This document shows, piece after piece, positions 38,091 to 50,324 of a stretch of 64,000 nt of DNA; position 1 is the stretch's first letter; each line of letters opens with the position of its first letter. The notes beneath the pieces are model-generated. The model had not been told where the DNA came from. It did not search any database and saw nothing but the letters and a program-made list of their open reading frames with translations. Source of the DNA: Malacoraja senta (Eukaryota). Position numbers and translations under genes: made by a program. Location of the stretch: NCBI GenBank assembly GCA_038087875.1, contig CM075991.1, positions 7,442,001-7,506,000 of the forward strand. The letters are read 5' to 3'.

Positions 38091-38347
38091 TACAAGATGG
38101 CGGTCGGAGGGGAGAGTGGACGCTGGCGCGAATTGGTCGCCGCTGCTCTCTCCTCAAATTGTGTTTCTTATTTTCTTTTGGTGCTTTTGAAATTGAATTC
38201 TGTCCTTGATTTGTGTACTGTGGTGTTTTTTTATTTAATTTATTCCGATTATGTGTTTTTTTTGCTTTGTTGTGATTCTATGCATTGTAAGGTGTCCTTG
38301 GGTTTTAGAAAGGCGCCAGTAAATAAAATGATTATTATTATTATTAT
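38091..38347 (+). mobile_element. Short non-autonomous retroposon with (ATT)n tail
   Basis: caagatggcggtcggaggggagagtggacgctggcgcg..aataaaatg(att)n. Second copy on the minus strand at 46495-46860. Confidence 0.7.
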
Positions 38348-39129
38348 AAGACCGCAATACATAGGAGCAGAATTAGGCCATTTGGTCCATTGAGACTACT
38401 CTGCCATTCGATCATGGCTGATCTATTTTTCCCTCTCAACCACATTCTCCTGCCTTCTGCCCGTAACCTTTGACGCTCTTACTAATCAAGAACCTATCAA
38501 TCTCTACCTAATGTCTTGTCCTCCATAGCTATCAGTGGCAATGAATTCCACAGATTCACCAACCTTTGTCTAAAGAAATTCTCATCTCAATTCTAAAGGT
38601 ACGTACTTATTTTCTGAGGCTGAGCCCACTGGATGATTAAATGAGCCCATCCTGAAAAGTCTGTTTGCCATTTGAGCCACAGCAATTTCTCAGGGTGGCG
38701 ATGTCTGTGATCTAGAGTACTTGGTAGTTTGGTTTAGTTAATTGTCGCGTATACCAAGGTACAGTGAAAAGTTATTTGTTGTGTGCTCGCCAGTTAGCGG
38801 AAAGACTCGTTTTCACCCAGCCCACAGCTAACAATGGCCTGTTTCCTTTATCATCGTTACTTTTTTGCGTATCTTTCATTTGTTCTATACCTCTCTATAT
38901 CACCGTCTGTATGTCTTGTTTCCTTTTCCCCTGACTCCCAGTCTGAAGAAGGGTCTCGACCCGAAACATCACCTGTTCCTTTTCTCCAGAGATGTTGTCT
39001 GACCCGCTGAGTTACTCCAGCATTTTGTGTCTATCAGGGGAAAGACAATACCTGATTAAAATCGAGCTGCAGGCTTGATTATGTAACTGGTGTCTACCTC
39101 GCAGCTGCTGGAACTAGGATCGTCCCTGC

Positions 39130-39445
39130 CCTCAGACCATGTTGCTGTTCTGTCATCAGTTTCTGTGTCATGCGGACGGCTCCCACATCCCTTTTACCAG
39201 CATCCTTCAAATGGAGCCTTGTGTGTCCTCTGGGTCTTCTGATAAATTGTTGGGGATATGGTCCGGGTGCAGGGATGATCATGATCTCAACAGATGCGTA
39301 GCAGACATCAGGGACATAAGCAAGCCTGCAGTATTCCAGATCACCAGATATCAGTGTACATGCCTGAGCCACCATCTCCTCTTTGCTTGGCGAATGCTGC
39401 ACTGCTATGGGGTGAACAATCATTTCAGTTCACTCTTCCTTCCAT
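39130..39445 (-). mobile_element. RTE-clade LINE 3' fragment (old)
   Basis: RRPRGHTRLHLKDAGKRDV resembles the RTE C-terminal GRPxLRxKDxxKRD motif. Confidence 0.55.
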
Positions 39446-40184
39446 GAGATGCCAATAGTATACTGCAGAGATCAAAAGGATGTGTTGTGCTCGCACTTTG
39501 CCAGTTAGATGCAACCCATGCTTCACTGGCCCTTAGCAATCAGTTAAGATTAGGCCTTATTGATTAGCTTTGAAGTTCTGAGAATGATTTTGCTATTTGC
39601 CCATGCCTGATCTGTTAAGCTGCCAATGTTGAGGCTGCTTACACAATGTACATATTGAGTTAATCATGGGGAGAATTATTGTCTCTCACAATGGATCCAG
39701 GACAGCATTGTTCCTTAACTGTTTCCAGTGGAGTCTGACCGCAGGTGAAGCCCCACACCTTTGTTCTGTAACCACAGTTTTCTTGATTATTAATAGTGCG
39801 GGAGAATTTGCGGTACAAGCAAGGGAAAGAGCTGCTGAAATTGATCCTCTGTTTGTGAAACCCTTGCGGAAGTATCAGCATAGACAGGTTCGCTGAACAG
39901 AATCTGGTGAATAGAATGAAAGCTTTCTGACTGGTTGTGCCAAGAACAAGTAGAGGAACTACAGGCCGGTGAGCCAAACATCAGTGGTGGGAAAATTACT
40001 GGAGGGGATTTTCATAGATAGGGTCTGGTTAGATTTGAAAAATCAAAGGCTTATTAGGGAAAGTCAGCAGGCTTTGTGCATGGGAAATCGTGTCTGACCA
40101 AGAGAAGTGATAAACGCAAGGAAGTAGATATTGTCTAAATGGCTAGTAAGGAAGGCGATGTATATGTAATGGGTGCGATGTATA

Positions 40185-41132
40185 TGTAATGTAATATGTA
40201 ATGCCAGTGCCCCTTCAGGCCGAAAACAGAAGCTGCCAAATGTACCTGTGCCTCGTGACTGAGGGCAAGTGACCTTCTAGAAGTTTCAGTGATTGCAGAT
40301 TAAACCTTTCCTACAAGATGTCGGACATGTATTCATTGTGCTAGTCACAACAAGGTCTTACGGAATACATTACATGGTGTCAGAGTAAAAAAAAAATGGA
40401 GAGACTCAATCCACCGCGACCACTCTCCAGGCAAGAAGAATTATGAGAGACTGTGAGCTGAAAAAGAAGAAAAAGACAAAGAAAACTCGGAGCCGAGGAC
40501 CGTGAACTAGTCCCGATACTCGGTCAAAGAGAGGAGAAAAAAAGTTCGGAAAAAAAAGCAGGTAACAGTCCAAGTGAAAGAAGCAAGAAGAAAGAAGCAA
40601 GAAGAGCAAGAAACACAGGTGTGGCAGCCCGAAGAGTAAGCACGCGGCCTCGCCTCGCCTTGAAAGCACAGCTTCTCACACTCACCCAGCAGGTCCAAAA
40701 ACCCCGACGATCGGGTGTGGGAGACGGAGGAATCACAAGTCTTCATAGACGGCTTCTCCCAGAGGGAGTAATGGCCGTCATCGCGCTGCCCCGGACCATC
40801 ACCCATGCCCAAAGATCGGAGCCCGCGTCCGCGCGGCAATAACAGCCGCCGCCGCCGCCATGTTCGAGAGATTCAAGGAACTCTGGGGTGTGCGCAGCAT
40901 GACCCGAGCAACAGTTTAAAGACACTAAGGGACAAATGCAGAGAAGTAAAAGTTAAGAAGCCAAGAAGTACAGATAATTTGCTGAAAATTCAAATGCAAA
41001 TAAGTAAAAGTTAAGAAGTGAAGAAGTAAAAGTTAAGAAGCCAAGAGTTATTATGCAAGAAATTGAAAGAACGAAAATAGTTTGTATTGACTGTTTAGTA
41101 TTGACTGTCTAAGTTTTTTTTAGAAGGGGGAG
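40185..41132 (+). mobile_element. Non-autonomous Gypsy-like LTR element remnant (5' LTR, PBS, gag start, PPT)
   Basis: LTR 40185-40374 bounded by TGTAATGTA..TACATTACA. PBS TGGTGTCAGA at 40375. ATG at 40396 gives MERLNPPRPL. Purine tract agaagggggag at ~41122-41132. Inserted in an old CR1. Confidence 0.65.
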
Positions 41133-43074
41133 TCCGCCTCCTAGATGGAGCAAGTCTCCGAGATCAGGCTGAGAGTTCAGTATAGAGACATCTAGTCCAG
41201 GATAGAGACGTCTAGTCCAGGATAGAGACCTGTAACCGTGGATAGACCCTTGTGTTGCCGTGGATAGACCCCAATTGAGCTAGTCAATTGGAGACAGAAT
41301 TGGCTTGATGGGAGGTATCAAAGGGTGGGAGTGGAAGCCTGGGACTAGCAACGTACTGCAGGGATCGGTGCTGGGCCCATTGCCGTCCATTATCCATATG
41401 GATGACACCAAAATTGGTGGTATAGTGGACAGTGAAGAAGGTTAGTTAAGATTACAACAGGATCTAGAACAACCGGTAAACTGGGCTAATGAATGGCAGA
41501 TGAAATTTAACGTAAGATTAGTTTAGTTTAATTTATCGATACAGTGCGGAAACAGGCCCGGCACACTAGGTCCACGCGGACTAGTGATCCTTGTATCCTT
41601 GTGCACTAAGACTAACTCTATCCTAAGCTAGGGATAATGTACAATTATACCAAGCCAATTAGCCAACAAACCTGTATGCCTTTGGAGTGTGAAGTGTTGC
41701 ATTTTGGTATGTTAAACCAGTGCAGGAGTTGCACATTGCTGGTGTGATTTGTATGTCTGACCTGCAATCTGAATCTGGCTTTTATGCGAGGCTCAGATGC
41801 CCTCCTTGATTATGGCTGAGACGGGGACAGCCCAAAAAGGAGGTCTTGGCCATATCCTGGCCTTGAACCGTATACTCTGTGAAGAGGGCTCAATGATACT
41901 TCAATGACTCAAAAACGTCTCTGCAATTTATAATATTCATATTACAATGGTTAAATGTTGATTTTACATTTTTACAATAATTCATCAGTAACTACTTTTC
42001 TTTGAAATCTTTGATCTTTGATTTTTTTCTGTGTGGCAATTACCCCTATCTTGCCTGACAGCTATTTTCTCAATTTCTACTGAAAATGGGTACTATAAAT
42101 TACAGACAAGTCTTATTGTCCTGACTCCTCTTATCTTATAATTAATTCCCTTGCACTTGGCCTGGTTTACAAATTTGCTTTGTTTATCTTTGCTCCAGCT
42201 ATGTCTTTCAATCTAAACACTTCCCTAATCTAATTACTGCCTCTCTTAACATAACCTTCCAGTTAACTTTACTAAATTGGCCTAATTCCCTTATCACTTC
42301 TCTTGGTCAGACACGATTTCCCATGTCCCATGTCAAATTTCACTCTACCTTAGTTGGTTAAGTGACAATAAACGCGAACTTGAACTTCCCCGTAATCCTT
42401 TTCCACTAGGTAAGGCGCTTAGGATGATCATTTTTACAAATGCTCCCCTTTCTCCTTATGATTCCTGGAGATACCTGCTTCATGCAATAAATGGCAGGGC
42501 TCTGGAGATTGCTGTAAGAACCAAGAGACTTAACGGTACGAGTATGTAGTTTCTTAAAAGGAGTGATCCAGATACCCATTTCAGTTCAGCGCTCTAAGGC
42601 AGCAACTCAACCATTGTGCCACCATGCCACCCTATTGCTGTTCATCTATTTGATCCCAACTAAACAGCAGTAGCAGTTGAACCGATTTTGATCTTCAGAG
42701 AAATCATATTGACTGATGTGGTCAAAACATCGAGTGTGGGATAGGCAGCATCTGTGGAGTGAATGGACAAACGATATTTCAGGTTGCAACCGTCGCTTAA
42801 ACTAGATATTAGACTTTAGAAATTCGGCTTGGAAAAAGGCCCTTCGGCCCACCGAGACTGCACCAACCAGCGATTGATCACCCATACACCGGCACTATAC
42901 TACACACTGGGGACAATTTACAGAAGCCATTTAACCTACAAACCTGTATGTCTTTGGAGAGTGGAAGGAAACCGGAGCATTCGGAGACAACCCATGCGGT
43001 CATGGGGAGAACGTACAAACTCCATACAGTCAGCACCCATGTTTGGGATCGAACCTGGATCTCTGGTGCTGTAA

Positions 43075-43412
43075 TGGGCCTGTCCCACTTACGCGATTTG
43101 TTCTGCGACTGCCGGCAGCCGTCATAGGTCGTTACAGGTCGCTGAAAATTTTCAACATGTTGAAAATCCAGCGGCAACCAGAACAAGTTATGACTCTTTG
43201 GGTGACTACTCACGACCATAAAGGCTTTACCCCGCGACATGTCGCCAGGGTGTCGCCTGTATGGTCGTGAGTAGTCTCCTCAGTTGCCCAAAGAATAGTA
43301 GCGTCTTTCTGGTCACTGCTGGATTTTCAACGTTGAAAATGTTGGCAACCTGCAACGACCTATGACGGGTGCCGGCAGTCGCCGAAAAAGTCGCGTAAGT
43401 GGGACAGGCCCA
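43075..43412. mobile_element. PIF/Harbinger-type MITE, 338 bp, palindromic
   Basis: TIR tgggcctgtcccacttacgcga with long internal inverted symmetry. TAA TSD (43072-43074, 43413-43415) inside a V-SINE. Confidence 0.9.
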
Positions 43413-43866
43413 TAAGGCAGCAATTCTACAACTGCACCATTATACTGCCCAAACTAATTTTATAACTAATTTCTCAACCAACTTTCTGCAATTCACTTAT
43501 CACTGCACAGTTTAGCTGTGCCAATGAAACACAAATATTTCATTGATAATGCTGCCAAATTGCAGAAGACACCACTTAACCTGCAAAGTTTAAAACATAA
43601 AACTAATTAAATGTAGACACTTTCATTCTGCTTACTACATGCTTAAGCAATGTTAAGTTTCATCTGTTGCTTTTGTTTGGAATATCATAAATAAGATTAA
43701 GTGGGAGATTGATTGAGAATGGGCAGTGTTGCATTTATGACGCTGCTGCCTATTGTGACTAATGAGGTTGTTTCTGCTCTGACAGCTCTTCCCCACCCTC
43801 CTCAATCTTTTCCTCCACACTCTCAGTCTTATTATTTCATTTGACTTACTTTGTTCAATCCTAATC

Positions 43867-45650
43867 TTACATAATGCATCTTGTCACATACATTTTGTGG
43901 GTGGCACAGCCTTTTAACCGCATGTTTAAAAGCACAATGAGGTAAAGAAACAGAGAAGTGAAGATTAGCTGTATCTCAAATATGATACATTTTAATTTCT
44001 AAAGGCTGTTGACTCCTGATGGGTTGAATTCTGCAACTGAATCCAATTGTCCAATTTCTGTTGTTTCAACCTTTGTTCTTACCCAGCTATCAGTTTTAGT
44101 TCCTGTGAAACGAAATAAAATCATTTATTGCATCTTGCCCTGAAACTTTAACTCAACTTTGGAATCTCAGCAATAATTAAGATCTTATGCTCTCATGCAG
44201 TTGCAACATGTGGGCTTTTATCTTAATCCACATTTTGCCTTTCGTGCTTCCACTGTTTCATTCATTACATACGAGATCATTGCACCCCTCTCTGAGAATG
44301 TTCAAATCATGCCGCTTCATAGCAAAATAACAAATCGATGGGTAAAATCAAACTTGGAAGGCTTTTACTCAAATGCATTAGCTGTAATGATGTTCCTCCC
44401 TACCTTCTATTAGTTTTCTTCCCAGCATCAACCATTGACAGTTTCTTCACAGCTGTTATCAGGCAACTGAACCGTCCTCTCACCAGCTTGAGAACAGTCC
44501 TGACCTCCCATCTACTGTATTGGAGACCTTCGAATTATCTACAATCGGACTTTATTGGACGTTACCTTGCACTAAACATTATTCCCTTTTTCCTGCATCT
44601 GTACACTGTGGACGGCTTGATTGTAAAGTATAATCTTTTCGCCGACTGGGTACCACGCAATCAAAAACTTTTCACTGTACGTCAGAAGACGCGATAATGA
44701 TAAACTCAACTAATCTAAAGCAGCCTTGAATTCAATGCAGACTACCCAATTATGTAGTCCCAAGCCATGTATTACCAATCAGCATTCCAAGCATCATGGT
44801 ATTTAAGACATCGTGATGCAGAATTCCCTTCTTTAAGATGCCAGAAACAATCTCACTTTACCTTGCTCTTGTGTCTAAACTAAGGATGTCCTCATGCTTT
44901 ATACACAGCTCAGTCTATCAGCATGCGAAGGCTAATTTAGTCTACAAACCCAGGCATCGTGTGCAACTGGCAAGGACCATAAAATTGAGTTCAATGTAGA
45001 CTTCCAAAATCGGGGTGGGGAGAGAAAATTTTGTAAATATGTAGGGTTCTGAAAATAATTGGAATTGAATGCTGGGGAGGATTAAATGAATTTTATAGCA
45101 TGCCTGTCTCCAGTCGTTTGTTTCATTGACAGGAACACTATTACCAGATGGTACAGTACTCTGTTTTATCATTTCATGCCAAAGGCTACACTAATGCTAT
45201 TACAGCTCAGGTGCAGGAGCAGATTCAAAAACAGCCTCTGTAATAGGATTTTCTTCAAAACCGTACGCGATGTATCGCTCTAAACCATCAGGCAGAACCA
45301 AGCACAAGGAGCCCGAATGCATGGAGATAAAATACATTTCTGCAAAGTTCATCTTTCACTCCCCCACCGCCACCTTGGAACTGCAGAAGAACAACACGCT
45401 CCATTGTATCAGATGAAATATGCCCAAGGTGGAAGATTTGACAAGATATTGTCTGCTGTGCTTGCTGTACATATTTTTACAATTAGGACCCACTCGACAA
45501 AATTGCAGCACTGTGCGATTCTCTCCATTCATGTGGACACGAGGTGACACGATGCTTCAAGCTGTACCTCCACTCAACATGACCAGGGCTGATCCGACCA
45601 AGGCCTCACCTCCTCTTATACCACTTCTTCAAAGCCCTCACTTCCCCAAT
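43867..45650 (-). pseudogene. Decayed IgSF remnant G: V-C1-V-C1-TM-short tail in one exon
   Basis: Phase-1 acceptor (ttttaaag). V: GSEGFEEVV*EEV/EALVGSAL/WSC*VEV..LVST*, TLGIFHL..FFC. C1: ISVA/LW, FSLPTPI. V: LAFAC, GMLIGN, *GGTSLQL. C1: LLFCYEAA*F..VQ*SR, NWTIGFSCRIQPIRSQQPLEIK. TM: IQLIFTSLFLYLIVLL then NMRLKG. Several stops sit at expected W/G/Q codons. Rex1 insert at 44435-44720. Confidence 0.7.
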
Positions 45651-47082
45651 CTTTAAAATATTTAGTTTAGTTTATTAGCATAGTATAGAGATACAGCGCA
45701 GAAACAGGCCCTTCCGCCCACCGAGTCTGCGCCAACCAGCGATCTCCACACACTTACACTATCCTACACGTTCTTGTGATAATGAAAATGCCACTGAGCA
45801 ACCTGTCCCTTTAAAAAAGCCGTGAAATCAATCACTTCAGCCTTTCCTGCCACAACCTGTCTGTTCAGGGGAGAGCCAAATGAACAATTTTTCATAGCCA
45901 GCAAGATTTCTTGCCTGTTCATAGATGCTGATAAGTGGATCAAGCTTTCCGCCAGGAGTGAATTTGCCTGAGGCAAGACGAGATCTGTGTATTTCCACGT
46001 TTATTTTTCTGCTTTTATTGGAACGTCTCCAGTATTTTCAAGATTGTGTTGTACACATGGGGCAAAAATTAATCCGATTTCTTAATTGGCTTATCAGAGG
46101 CAGTGCACCTCAAAACCGACAGACTCCCAGGGCTGATAGAACAGAGGGAATAGGTGCAGTGTCAGATTGTCCCTTCAACTTGCTTCTCTGTTCCGTACAA
46201 TATAGTGAAGGTTTCTCAAGATGTATTTTACCTCAGCTCCATTTTCCTTCACGTTCCCCCGAACTCTTAACTCCCCAAAGCACCTACTTTGCTCAAAAAT
46301 ATTAAATGTTTCAGTCTCCAGGGCAATCTCAAGTGATGAATTCCAAAGATTCACATGGTCCCAACAGATGATGTTCATCCCCATCCCTATCTTAAGCTGG
46401 AGATAACTGGCTCCAGTTCTCGGTTCCCGACTAATATCTACTCTGCCGAGTACAGAATAGAACATAGAACACCACAGCACAGGAACAGGCCCTTGTAATA
46501 ATAATAATAATACATTTTATTTGTGGGCGCCTATACAAAAGTCTCAAGGACACCTTACAGAGTTTAACAAAGAAACAAATAATCGGGTTAAAATAAGTTA
46601 TAAAGACATCACCAATACACAAATGAAAGACAGAATTCAATCCAAAGACACAAAAAAGAAAATCAGAAACACAATGTGAGGAGAGAGCAGCGGCAGCTAA
46701 ACCGCGCCAGCGTCCACTCTCCCCTCCGACCGCCATCTTGAACACAGACTAACATAGACACAACACACAAAAATCATCCCCCCACAATGGTTACCACTGT
46801 GGGGGAAGGCACAATGTCCAGTCCCCAACCCCAGTTCACCCAAAGTCAGGCCTATTGAGGCCCTTCAGCCCACAATGCCCGTGCTGCAGACTATGCCAAG
46901 AGAAACCAATCTCATCTGCCTGCACATGTTCCATACAAATCCTCCATGTCACAGTGTGATCCTCTCCATTGACAAGAGGTCCAATCTACTCATCTTTCCT
47001 CACTAGGAAGCTCCTTTATCCCAGGAATCATCCAAGAGATGTTTCTCTGAACTATGTGTAGGAAGGAACTGTAGAAGCTGGT

Positions 47083-48194
47083 TTAAGCTGGTGTCCCGGG
47101 GAGCCGCGCGTGCTGGTTTAAGCTGGTGTCCCGGGGAGCCGCGTGTGCGTCGGGAGTGTCCTGGGCAAAGATCCTATCGCAAGCAAGATAGATCACTCGA
47201 CGAAAAAGACGTATTACGGTCATGGGGACATTCATGGGTAATTTTCGGCCCCATTTCCGTAACCGGCTTCCGTCTCCGCACCAAAGATCCAATAGGATAC
47301 TAGTGCGGAGACGGAAGCCGGTCACGGAAACATCCTCGTAAAAATAAAAGTTATTTGGGAAAAATGTTCTCCTCATTTTCAGAATTCTAATTTATTAACG
47401 CAAACTGTTCCCCCGCAACGCTGATTACACTGCGGGTCGGGACGGGTCGGGTCGGGTTACGGAAATGGATGAAAAAAAGGCCCACGTTCTGCTCTGTTGC
47501 GTACTACACGTCAGCCCATTGCATTTAGCAGGAGTGGTCTATCTTGCTTGCTATAGGATCTTAGGTCCCGGGGTAACTGCGCGGGCCCGATCCACCCGCC
47601 GAACAACTGCACCACCAGCCAGAACGACAACCGGAATGCACCCCGCTAGGCCCGACTCGCCCCACAGGCCTCCCAAGGGACTGAGGTGAAGCCGGGCGGG
47701 CGAGGCCTGTCTGGGCTGAAGGAGCCTCAGAGGTGGCGGCGATGGGGCTGAAGGAGCTTCAGCGGCAGCAGCTAGAGACTCAGCGGCGGCAGTGGGTTCC
47801 TCTGCGGCAGTGGGGCCTCGATGGCAACGAGAGCCTTGGTGGCGGTGGGGCCTTGTGGTCGATAAGCTTGAGGGGGGATGGGCACCCGGTGTGGGGGGAC
47901 CACTGTGAGGGACGATGGTAGAACAAAGGGGGACCCGGTGTGGAGGAGGGGGGGGGGCCACACACTCTAGTTTAGAATCCTCTTCCCAGGGGATAAGTCT
48001 GTGTTTGTTTGTTTGTTCAATTGTTCCCGTGAAGTCGCTGTGCGCATGGCAGCCAGCCAACAGTCGCTTGTCTTTTTCTTTGCGGTTTCACTTTTAATTT
48101 CAATTTTTTTGTGTACCTTGTGTGCTGTGACTGTTGGCAGACCAATTTGCCTCCGGGGATGAATAAAGTTTTAATCGTATCGTATCATATCGTA
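47083..48194 (+). mobile_element. GC-rich non-autonomous retroposon with (TCGTA)n tail, containing an hAT MITE
   Basis: GC-rich core, AATAAA plus pentamer tail. Inserted in a Penelope terminal-repeat copy. Confidence 0.6.
47166..47564. mobile_element. hAT-type MITE (copy 1)
   Basis: TIR caaagatcctat..gcaagataga..cactc. 8-bp TSD gtcctggg/gtcccggg. Confidence 0.85.
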
Positions 48195-48266
48195 AACCGA
48201 AGATAGACACAAAAAGTTTGGGTAACTCAGCGGGACAGGCAGCATCTCTGGAGATAAGGAATGGGT

Positions 48267-48294
48267 GACGTTTCGGGTCGAGACCCTTCTTCAG
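48267..48294 (-). ncRNA. Minimal hammerhead ribozyme motif (Penelope terminal repeat)
   Basis: Minus strand reads CTGAAGA A GGGTC TC GACCC GAAAC GTC. Confidence 0.7.
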
Positions 48295-50009
48295 ACTGGG
48301 CCTCTGAACTATCTTCAATATAAGGAGACCATGACCCATATGCTGGTGACTCTCACTTTATGGGTGGGGTGGATGTTTAGGTTCTTGAAAATGGACCCTG
48401 TGTGTGTTACCGCCACGTCGATTGCGCATGTTTCCAGAAACGTTGGGTTGAAACAATTACATTTCGTCTAGATGTATTTACCACTTACCACATAAATTCT
48501 GTGAGAGCAAATTGTATTCAACATCACAAATGTTTGGGTAGAGATTTGCGAATCCTGTAAGGGTGAATTTCGATAACCTGAACAGCTCAAACACATTGCT
48601 CCAGGTGTGGTCTCACCAATAGCTTGTTAAGCCTTTCTGCTGTTATCTCCAACTGAGGGAGAAATTCCACCTTCTTTATTTATTTGCTGTTCTTCAACAT
48701 GTTTTATGCATTAGGAGATTCCAATCTTTTTGTACCAGCACATTCCGTTGACTCGCTCCACTTAAATAACATGTTATTTTTCTATTAGTTGGAAGATGAA
48801 GCTTAGAATGAATACAATAGGGGGCAGTTATCATGGATTAATGAAAGGAAATTTCTGTTTAACAAATCTGTTAGTTTATTTGAGGATGTATTAGCTGCAG
48901 CAGTTAACGCTGATCTCCAGGGACCTAGTTTTGATCCTGACCTCGGGTGATGTCTGAGTGATGTTTGCTTGTATTATGCATGGTTTTCCACTGGGTGTTC
49001 TGCTTTCCACCCAAAGACATGCTGGTAGATTAATTGGCTGATCATCCCTTGGTGTGGTCAAAGGAGTTGGCGACTATGTGTGAGAGAGAATAAGTTTCAG
49101 AAGTACAAGGATTTAAAGGGAAGATAGACGCAAAATGCTGGAGTAACTCAGCGGGACAGGCAGCATCTCTGGAGAGAAGGAATGGGTGACGTTTTGGGCC
49201 AAGACCCTTCTTCAGACCCATTAGTCATTCCTTCTCTCCTTGGATGCTGCCTGTCCCGCTGAGTTACTCTAGCATTTGGTGTCTATCTTCAGTTTAAACC
49301 AGCATCTGCAGTTCCTTCCTACACAGGATTTAAAGGGAAGTGAAATAGGGCTGGTGAGATTGCTCTGTTGGGAACTTGATGGGCGGAATAACCTTTTATG
49401 ATTTATAATCGGTAAATGAATGGTCGCCAATCTATAGGAGGGATGTGGTTAAGCTAGAGAGGGCGAATAAATGATTCACAGGAATGTTGCCTTGTTTAGG
49501 GGGCCTTGGTTAGAAGGAGAGATGGAACCTTGGTTAGAATGAGAGATGGAATAGGATGGAACTACTTTCCCTGGAGTGAAGAAAGCTGAGAGGTGATATG
49601 AGAGAGTTTTATACACTTATGAGGTCCCAATCTTTTACAATTTTATCGAAGCCAATTAATCTGCAAACCTGTGTATCTTTGGAGTGTGGGAGCAAAACTG
49701 GAGAACTCAGAAAATACCCATACGTGTCACAGGAAGAACATACAATCTCCTTACAAACAGCACCCATAGACAGGATCAAACCCAGTCTTTGGCGCTGTGT
49801 GGCAGCAACTCTATTGCTGTGCCACTGTGCCTTCCCTCTCAACCCCTCGTATTTCTAAACTAAACTAAACTCATCTAAACTCATCTAAACTCATCTAAAC
49901 TAAGCTAAACTAAACTAATCTAAACCAAACTAAACTAGACCAAACCCCAACTAAGTCCAACAATCTCAGGGGAGCGTAGAACTGATTGCATCTGTCAGGT
50001 TCCCCACAT

Positions 50010-50324
50010 GGATATCATGGTAGTGTTGTTCCACACAGACATTGCACTGTTTTAACCAAGGCCTCCATAGTAACAACCAGCTCTTCTGCTTTGGAGGCGT
50101 TGGAAGCCAGAGGAGATGTTTCAGAGTGGACACGTTGCTTCATATCTCACTGCACCAGATGGCCACAGCTCTGCTGTTTACAATTTAGTTCTTCTTGATG
50201 TTGGGCTTTCTTGAAACCAGACAACTCCCTCCCAAGAATAATGAATCTTACAGAAAACTGTTTTGCATCGTTGCATCTTTTTCTCATGAAGGCTGAGTTT
50301 CAGTCAGTATCTCACCATTTAATT
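50010..50324 (-). pseudogene. Decayed IgSF remnant H: single VJ-type domain
   Basis: Phase-1 acceptor cctgtcag. Then LNGEILTETQPS; KTVFCKIHYSWEGVVWFQESP; QRLQSRRAGCYYG; CGTTL. Confidence 0.65.

Noticed and set aside
44082..44120. Minus-strand micro-exon (tttcacag..gtaaga)
   Set aside because: It lies within the C1 domain path of remnant G, whose motifs continue beyond it. More likely chance.
10429..50324. Functional rearranging Ig/TCR locus
   Set aside because: No RSS heptamer-nonamer pairs noticed at V ends. V, J-like and C1 motifs are contiguous and full of stops, frameshifts and TE insertions.
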